From NCBI GenBank assembly GCA_965204535.1, contig CBDBEV010000001.1, positions 2,848,001 through 2,912,000 of the forward strand: DNA of 64,000 bases, in the 5' to 3' direction. Under the pieces are notes generated by a model, which was not told the DNA's origin, did not search any database, and saw nothing but the letters and a program-made list of their open reading frames with translations. The stretch is from a bacterium. Its GTDB lineage: Bacteria > UBA8248. A program made the position numbers and the translations under genes. Numbering within the stretch: the stretch's first letter is position 1; each line of letters opens with the position of its first letter. This document shows positions 57,852-64,000 of this stretch, in pieces.

Positions 57852-60080
57852 ATGCCGAACGCATGGACGAGAGCCTTTCGAGTCATACGGAGGCGATGGT
57901 TCGGGCGGCGGACGCCGCCGCGCGACGAGACGATCCATGAAACCGGGGATTCGGCGCGTTCACGCATCGCCCGCTCACGCCGGGCGAACCGGAAGTTCCA
58001 GTACTGCACGATAGGCGCGACGTTCGTGTTGATAGTGATATTGAGTTTTCTTTCCTATCGCATCTACGTGGATACCAAGATCGAGATAGAGGAAAGATCC
58101 AATCGCCGGCAGCTTCTTCTCGTGGAGCAGGCCGGCGATCGTATCGCCTCCTTCCTGGAGGCGCTCACGGCCTCTTTGCGCTACAGCGCGGGGTTTCTGC
58201 GCACCATCGAGCCCGATCATCCCGGACGTATGGCGGTGATGATGGGGCTGTATGAAAGGCTGGGCGGAGGGTTTCAGGTAAATGAACTGGGCTACCTGCA
58301 GGGAGCGGGTCAGCAGATCGCCGCGATTCCCGAGGGATTACTCGAAAAACTCGCGAACTGCTCCTTGTCGCAGGGCGCCTGCATCATCGTGATTCGCGAT
58401 GAAGCCCAAAGGGTTTCCTCCCTGTTCGCGGCTGTCCCCGTGGCGTTAATCGGGGATGAGACCGAAGGATCCGAGGCGCAGAGAAAACGCGACTGGCTCT
58501 ACGCGCGAATTGCCATGCCGAATCTGGTGCGTTCCTTCATCGAACCCGTTCAATCGGGCGGTCGCGAGCGGGCGTGGCTCGTGGACGGCGAAGGCAGAAT
58601 CATCCTCCCTCCGGGCATCCCCCGGCTGGAGGGCGTTCATTTGTCCACCCTCGCGCGTGAGCTGCGGGATGAGAGGCTCGAAAAACTCGTTGGTCGGATG
58701 AAGAAAGAAGTGAAAGGGTTTGACTGGCACCTCGACTTGAGACCCGGGAACGAAGAAAAACGCATGCGTTACCTGACGGCATTCAGCAACTTCCCGGTAG
58801 GGGGCGAGAAATGGACTTTCGCCCTCACGGCGCCGTCCACCGAGTTCGTCGGGTTAATCGGACGACTTTTCCGAAAAGGCTGGCTGTTGACGGGTTTCGG
58901 GTTCATCGCCCTGGTTCTGGCGGCTCTTTTGATACTCGACCGTGAGCGCAGGCGCATACGGGCCGAGGACAGAATCATCTGGTCCCAGCAGGTGTTCGAG
59001 AGCAACAGGCGGCTTCAGGCGCTGTTCGACGGCATCACGGACGCCATCGGCATTCTGGACAAGGATTTCCGCATACGGATGCTCAATCGCTCGATGGGGA
59101 GGCTCTTCGGGCGCGATACGTCCGATTTGCTGGATCAGAAATGGGAGATATCGCCGCTCACCCCGGTGCCGGAGTCATTCGTCGAGCGCGCCATCGTGGT
59201 CGACACGTTCGCGACCGGCGAGCCGGGTTTTTTCGAAAAGTCGATTTCATGGGAAGATGGACGCCGGATGGCTATGGAATACTATACCTACCCGATTCTC
59301 GACGCCTCGGGAGCGACGTTGCAGGTGATTTTGTATTTGAAGGACGTGACGGAGCGCAAGGCGCTCGAAAAAGAGGTTCTCCAAAGCGAGAGGCTCTCGA
59401 TCGTCGGCAAGATGAGCGAGCAGGTGGCGCATTCCATACGCAACCCTCTCTCGGCCATCAACCTGAGCGCGGAATTGCTCGGCGATGAGTTGTCGCAATT
59501 CAAGGGGGCGGACACCTCCGAGGCGTGGGCGCTGCTCAAATCCGTGAGGGCGGAGGTGGCTATCCTCAGCCAGGTGACGGCCGATTATCTCAAATTCGTG
59601 CGCATGCCCAGTCTGGAGAGAACGCCTATCAACTGCAACGAAATGATTGAGGATTTGCTGGACCTGCACGCGGAAGTGGCGGCGAGCAGAAAAATCCAGG
59701 TCGAAAAGGAACTCGAAAGGGACATCCCCGAGGTCGTCCTGGATGAAACGCAAATGCGCGTCGCGATTCAGAACCTCATCTTGAACGGTTTCGACGCAAT
59801 GCCCGACGGCGGTCGCCTCCTGGTGAAAACGGAACTCGAAAACCGGCATCTCGCCATCCGCATATCGGACAGCGGGGAAGGCATCAGCCGCGAGGATCAG
59901 GCCTCGTTGTTCACGCCGTTTTTCACGACGAAGGCGAACGGAACCGGCCTCGGCCTCGTGTTGAGCCGGCAAATCATCACCGAGCACGACGGCGGCATCC
60001 ACTTCGAGAGCAGGGAGGGGGCGGGCGCCACCTTCATCGTCGAACTCCCGCTCCCGGTTGCGCAGGAGGCGAAGGCATGA
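57852..60080 (+). CDS. Membrane sensor histidine kinase (periplasmic domain, PAS)
   Basis: Two TM segments; AHSIRNPL H-box, NGFDAM, DSGEG, FFTTK, GTGLGL; start uncertain. Confidence 0.92.
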   Translation: MPNAWTRAFRVIRRRWFGRRTPPRDETIHETGDSARSRIARSRRANRKFQYCTIGATFVLIVILSFLSYRIYVDTKIEIEERSNRRQLLLVEQAGDRIASFLEALTASLRYSAGFLRTIEPDHPGRMAVMMGLYERLGGGFQVNELGYLQGAGQQIAAIPEGLLEKLANCSLSQGACIIVIRDEAQRVSSLFAAVPVALIGDETEGSEAQRKRDWLYARIAMPNLVRSFIEPVQSGGRERAWLVDGEGRIILPPGIPRLEGVHLSTLARELRDERLEKLVGRMKKEVKGFDWHLDLRPGNEEKRMRYLTAFSNFPVGGEKWTFALTAPSTEFVGLIGRLFRKGWLLTGFGFIALVLAALLILDRERRRIRAEDRIIWSQQVFESNRRLQALFDGITDAIGILDKDFRIRMLNRSMGRLFGRDTSDLLDQKWEISPLTPVPESFVERAIVVDTFATGEPGFFEKSISWEDGRRMAMEYYTYPILDASGATLQVILYLKDVTERKALEKEVLQSERLSIVGKMSEQVAHSIRNPLSAINLSAELLGDELSQFKGADTSEAWALLKSVRAEVAILSQVTADYLKFVRMPSLERTPINCNEMIEDLLDLHAEVAASRKIQVEKELERDIPEVVLDETQMRVAIQNLILNGFDAMPDGGRLLVKTELENRHLAIRISDSGEGISREDQASLFTPFFTTKANGTGLGLVLSRQIITEHDGGIHFESREGAGATFIVELPLPVAQEAKA

Positions 60081-61456
60081 GCGACCACGCCGGGGCGCGC
60101 GTGCTGGTGGTGGACGACAAGCGCGGCAGCCGCGAGGCCCTCCAGAAGATGATCACCAAAGAGGGGTTCGACGTCGCCATGGCGCACGACGCGGAAACCG
60201 CCGCAGAGATGTTCGGCGCGGAACCCGCCAATCTGGTGATCACCGATCTCAGAATGCCCGGAATGGACGGCATCGGCCTGCTCAAGGAGGTGAAGCGTCT
60301 CAGCCCGGATACGGAAGTGATCCTGATCTCCGGCGCCGGGAGCATCGAGTCGGCCGTCGAGGCGATGCGTGAGGGGGCGTATGATTTTCTCACAAAGCCC
60401 CTGGAGCGCGTGGTTGTCCTCAAGGCGATAGACAAGGCGCTCGAAAAACAGGCCCTCCTGCGCGAGAACGCGGATTTGCGGGCGCAACTCCAGAGCCTGA
60501 GAGACACCTCGGGCATGATGGGGGACCACTCCTCGATTCGCCGGGTGAAGGACATGGTTCGCCAGGTCGCGCCCACCTCCGCCACGGTGCTTATACTGGG
60601 CGAAAGCGGCACGGGCAAGGAACTGGTGGCGAACGCCCTGCACGAGGGAAGCGAGCGGGCGGGCAAGGCGATGGTGAAGGTGAACTGCGCGGCACTTCCC
60701 GAGACGCTCCTCGAGAGCGAGTTGTTCGGCTACGAGCGCGGGGCGTTCACGGGCGCGGCGGGCCGGAAGGAGGGGCGCTTCAAGATCGCGCACGAAGGCA
60801 CGCTGTTTCTCGATGAAATCGGGGATATGCCCCTCGTTTTGCAGCCGAAGATTCTTCGGGTTTTACAGGAAGGGGAATTCGAGCGCGTCGGTGGGACGGA
60901 GACTTTGAAGGTGGACGCGCGTATCGTGGCCTCCACCAACGCGGACTTGCAAACCGCCGTGGCCGACAAGAGGTTTCGCGAGGATCTCTATTATCGCCTG
61001 AACGTGATCACCATCCACATGCCGGCCCTGAGGGACAGGCGCAGCGATATTCCGCTGCTCGCCGAGCATTTCCTCCAGCGCTTCGCCGCGAAGAACAACC
61101 GGCCCGTCCTCGCGTTTTCGCGCGAGGCGCTCGATGCGATGTCGAACTACCATTGGCCGGGAAATGTGCGTGAACTCGAAAACATGGTGGAGCGCGCCGT
61201 GGTGCTGAGCCGCGGAGAGATTCTCTCGGTGGATGATTTGCCCGCGCAAATCGCCCGGGGCGAGCCCACGAATGGGGAGCAGTCCGTGGCGTCGGACTCG
61301 CCACTCATCAATCTCGAGGTCGGCACCCCGCTCGCGGAAGTCGAGCGGCGGGTCATTCTGGAGACTCTCCGGTATACGGGCGGCGACAAGAGCGCCGCCG
61401 CACGCCTCCTGGGAATCGCCACGCGCACCATATACCGGAAGCTGGACGGGAACTGA
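60077..61456 (+). CDS. Sigma54-dependent response regulator (NtrC/AtoC family)
   Basis: Receiver, GESGTGKE, GAFTGA, LDEIG, WPGNVREL, C-terminal HTH. Confidence 0.95.
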   Translation: MSDHAGARVLVVDDKRGSREALQKMITKEGFDVAMAHDAETAAEMFGAEPANLVITDLRMPGMDGIGLLKEVKRLSPDTEVILISGAGSIESAVEAMREGAYDFLTKPLERVVVLKAIDKALEKQALLRENADLRAQLQSLRDTSGMMGDHSSIRRVKDMVRQVAPTSATVLILGESGTGKELVANALHEGSERAGKAMVKVNCAALPETLLESELFGYERGAFTGAAGRKEGRFKIAHEGTLFLDEIGDMPLVLQPKILRVLQEGEFERVGGTETLKVDARIVASTNADLQTAVADKRFREDLYYRLNVITIHMPALRDRRSDIPLLAEHFLQRFAAKNNRPVLAFSREALDAMSNYHWPGNVRELENMVERAVVLSRGEILSVDDLPAQIARGEPTNGEQSVASDSPLINLEVGTPLAEVERRVILETLRYTGGDKSAAARLLGIATRTIYRKLDGN

Positions 61457-61529
61457 TCGCTCGCATGCCGCCCGCCCCATGAGCGGGTTGTGGTAAGGTG
61501 TGGCGCGGGAATTTTCCGGGAGTTTGCCG

Positions 61530-62183
61530 ATGCGGGGTCGTTTCATCACATTCGAGGGTGTGGAGGGTTGCGGCAAGTCGACCCAGATGGCGCGCCTGCG
61601 GGATTGGATGAAAGAAGTGGGCCTGCCTGTTCGCGCCACGCGCGAACCCGGCGGCACGAAGGTCGGCGAGGGGATTCGCGAGTTATTGCTCGCTCCACGC
61701 GATGAGGGCTTGGATGCCGCCACGGAGCTCCTGCTCTACGAGGCGGCGCGGGCGCAGCACGTGAGCGAGGTGATTCGGCCGGCCCTGGAGGCGGGCGTCC
61801 ACGTTCTTTGCGACCGGTTCTTCGACTCCACGACGGCGTACCAGGCGTTCGGACGGGGGCTGGACGAGGAGATGGTGCGGGAGCTCAACCGGATGGCGAG
61901 CGGGGGGATTATCCCCGACCTCACGCTGTTGTTCTCCGTATCGATTGAGGAAGGTCTCGGTCGCGCGCGCGGCGGAAGCGCGGGCGACCGGCTCGAGGGC
62001 GAAAGTCTGGCGTTTCACCGCAGGGTGCAGGCGGGCTTCGACGCGCTGGCGAAGCGCGAGCCCGGGCGGTTCCGCACCCTGGGCGAGGGCGCGATTGAGC
62101 AGGTGCACGAAGAGGTGGTGCGCATCGTAAAGGAAAGATTCGAATGGGCTGGGAATCCATCCGCGGCCAGGACGCAGCCCTAG
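61530..62183 (+). CDS. tmk: Thymidylate kinase
   Basis: FITFEGVEGCGKSTQ, TREPGGT, CDRFFDSTTAYQ. Confidence 0.96.
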   Translation: MRGRFITFEGVEGCGKSTQMARLRDWMKEVGLPVRATREPGGTKVGEGIRELLLAPRDEGLDAATELLLYEAARAQHVSEVIRPALEAGVHVLCDRFFDSTTAYQAFGRGLDEEMVRELNRMASGGIIPDLTLLFSVSIEEGLGRARGGSAGDRLEGESLAFHRRVQAGFDALAKREPGRFRTLGEGAIEQVHEEVVRIVKERFEWAGNPSAARTQP

Positions 62184-63169
62184 ACCTGCTGCGAAGGGAC
62201 TTATCCTCCGGCCAGGCGGCGGGCGCTTATCTGTTTTACGGCCCCGACGGGGTCGGCAAGGCGAGCGCTGCGCGCCTGTTCGCCCAGGCCCTCCAATGCA
62301 CGGGCGATGCGCCGCCGTGCGGAAGCTGTGCGGCGTGCGAGAAGGTGCGCGCGAACGTACACCCCGACGTCGTCTCCATCGGCCCCGTCGCGGGGTCTCG
62401 CTCCATCAAGGCGGAGTCGGTCCGAGAGGAAGTGATCTGGCGCGCCCACCAGCGTCCCAACGAGGGGATGCGGCAGGTCTTCATCATCGAAGACGCCCAT
62501 CTGCTGACGCGAGTGAGCCAGAACGTCCTGCTCAAGACGCTGGAGGAGCCTGGCGCAGACACGGTATTGATACTGGTGACGCCGAACCTCCACACCCTGC
62601 TGCCGACGATCGTCTCGCGTTGCCGGAGGCTCAGGTTCCAGGCTCTGGCGCGGGCGGATATGGCCGCCATTCTGGAGGAGTGCCTCGGTGACGACGACGC
62701 CGACGTGGACAAACTCGTCTCCCTCAGCATGGGAAGACTGGGCGTCGCGGTGTCTTCCGACGTCGAGGCCCTCTCCGAGCGCAGGGAGGAGGCGATGAGG
62801 TTCCTGGAGGAGTTGAGCGCGCCGGCGGGCCGGGCGGACGAGGTGACCCTCATCACGCTCGCCTCCGAGCGGGCGGGCAGCGGGGCAACTGGCAGAAATG
62901 AAACAATTCTCTTTTTGGAAATGCTTCGGGGGCTGCTTCGCGATATACTCATCACCCAGGAAGCGCCCGAGGCGATAGATTTGTGGCACACGGACATTCG
63001 GGCGGCGTTGGCCGCCATGGGAGAGCGCTGGGGGAGCGCAGGCTTGACCCGTGCCCTCGAGAGGGTGGGAGAGGCCATGCGCGACGTGGACGGCGGGAAC
63101 ACCAACCCGTCCCTGACGCTCGAGACTTTGGTATATTCCCTGCGGGAGACGGTCCCCGCCGGGGTTTGA
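62144..63169 (+). CDS. holB: DNA polymerase III delta' subunit
   Basis: GPDGVGK, CGSCAAC, HPD, LLKTLEEP, LPTIVSRC; follows tmk. Confidence 0.92.
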   Translation: MGWESIRGQDAALDLLRRDLSSGQAAGAYLFYGPDGVGKASAARLFAQALQCTGDAPPCGSCAACEKVRANVHPDVVSIGPVAGSRSIKAESVREEVIWRAHQRPNEGMRQVFIIEDAHLLTRVSQNVLLKTLEEPGADTVLILVTPNLHTLLPTIVSRCRRLRFQALARADMAAILEECLGDDDADVDKLVSLSMGRLGVAVSSDVEALSERREEAMRFLEELSAPAGRADEVTLITLASERAGSGATGRNETILFLEMLRGLLRDILITQEAPEAIDLWHTDIRAALAAMGERWGSAGLTRALERVGEAMRDVDGGNTNPSLTLETLVYSLRETVPAGV

Positions 63170-63178
63170 GGTGAACGA

Positions 63179-64000
63179 ATGAGTGAAACAACCAATGGCG
63201 GCGCGGCCCTCGAGGCGCCGCCCGAGCCGCGCAAGATCGGCGTGGTCGGGGTCAAGACGCGCTTCGGCGCACGGCCGCTTCATCACACCTACGGGGAACT
63301 CAGGCTTCGGGTCGGCATGAAGGTGATGGTCAAGACCAGGGACGGGGATACGGAGTTCGGCGAGATATCCGAAAACCCCCGGGTCATGGATTCGCGCTAT
63401 TTTCCCGATCCGCTGCCCGAGGTGTTGCGGTTGGCCACCGAAGATGACGATAAAAAGGTGGCCCGCAACGAGGCGAATGAGAAGAGCGCCTATGATTTTT
63501 GCCGCATGAAGATATCCGAGCTCAAACTCCCCATGCGCCTCATCGAGGTTCGCTACATTCACTCGAACAAGAAGGCGACGTTTTATTTCTCCTCCGACGG
63601 CCGCGTGGATTTCCGCAAGCTGGTGCGGGTGCTCGCCGAGCGCCTCTCGGTTCGCGTGGAGATGCGCCAGATCGGAGTGCGCGACGAGGCGGGCATGAAG
63701 GGCGGCTGCGGGGATTGCGGGCGCACCTATTGCTGCAGTTCCTTTCTCAAGTCGTTCGACCCCATTTCGGTCCGCATGGCGAAGGATCAGAACCTGAGCT
63801 TGAACCCCGTAAAACTCTCCGGCGGCTGCGGGCGGCTCAAGTGCTGCCTGCGCTTCGAACATTCCCACTACGTGTCGGTGAAGAAGCGATTACCCGCCTG
63901 CAAGAAGAAAGTCGGCGGCTGCGACTGCGGCGCGACCGTCGTGCGCCAGGACCTGCTCAAGGAAGAGGTGACTCTCGCTCTCGAGACGGGAGACTTCATG
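63179..64000 (+). CDS. ricT: PSP1/RicT (YaaT) family protein, truncated at window edge
   Basis: Not in ORF track; manual translation gives GRVDFRKLV, EMRQIGVRDEA, CGRTYCC, MAKDQNLSLNP, CGRLKCCL. Confidence 0.9.
   Translation, partial: MSETTNGGAALEAPPEPRKIGVVGVKTRFGARPLHHTYGELRLRVGMKVMVKTRDGDTEFGEISENPRVMDSRYFPDPLPEVLRLATEDDDKKVARNEANEKSAYDFCRMKISELKLPMRLIEVRYIHSNKKATFYFSSDGRVDFRKLVRVLAERLSVRVEMRQIGVRDEAGMKGGCGDCGRTYCCSSFLKSFDPISVRMAKDQNLSLNPVKLSGGCGRLKCCLRFEHSHYVSVKKRLPACKKKVGGCDCGATVVRQDLLKEEVTLALETGDFM

Noticed and set aside
57641-58009. Long N-terminal extension of HrcA
   Set aside because: Overlaps promoter, CIRCE and the divergent kinase; recognisable HrcA sequence starts at 57640

Overview
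GC-rich bacterial chromosomal window with about 60 protein genes and no rRNA, tRNA or CRISPR array seen. The lineage is not determinable directly; gene content is compatible with a Nitrospinota/Tectomicrobia/Desulfobacterota-like organism (inference). Main contents, left to right: a truncated ABC solute-binding gene; a catabolic cluster (two LLM oxidoreductases, M24 peptidase, TRAP-TAXI transporter, cyclase, UbiD); an intact-looking IS1182-family element inserted into a palindrome; TPP riboswitch-thiS-thiG-thiE; acs; an HsdR_N-type nuclease with a SeqA-like C-terminus; tandem small membrane/coiled-coil genes; nadK-recN; an 11-gene accessory type II FAS/PKS-like cluster ending in a lipid A-type acyltransferase; glgA-glgC; a CIRCE-controlled hrcA-dnaJ-hotdog-prmA-rsmE-purD-phnA run; a sigma54 two-component system; tmk-holB-ricT. 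The most unusual signals are (1) the specialised fatty-acyl cluster with a 187-aa atypical ACP and two ketosynthases lacking the catalytic Cys, (2) a family of non-autonomous elements sharing the IS1182 terminal repeats and carrying REP-like palindromes, including a four-layer nested structure, and (3) a candidate methylation-dependent nuclease. All functional calls come from motif recognition by eye; no database searches were run.
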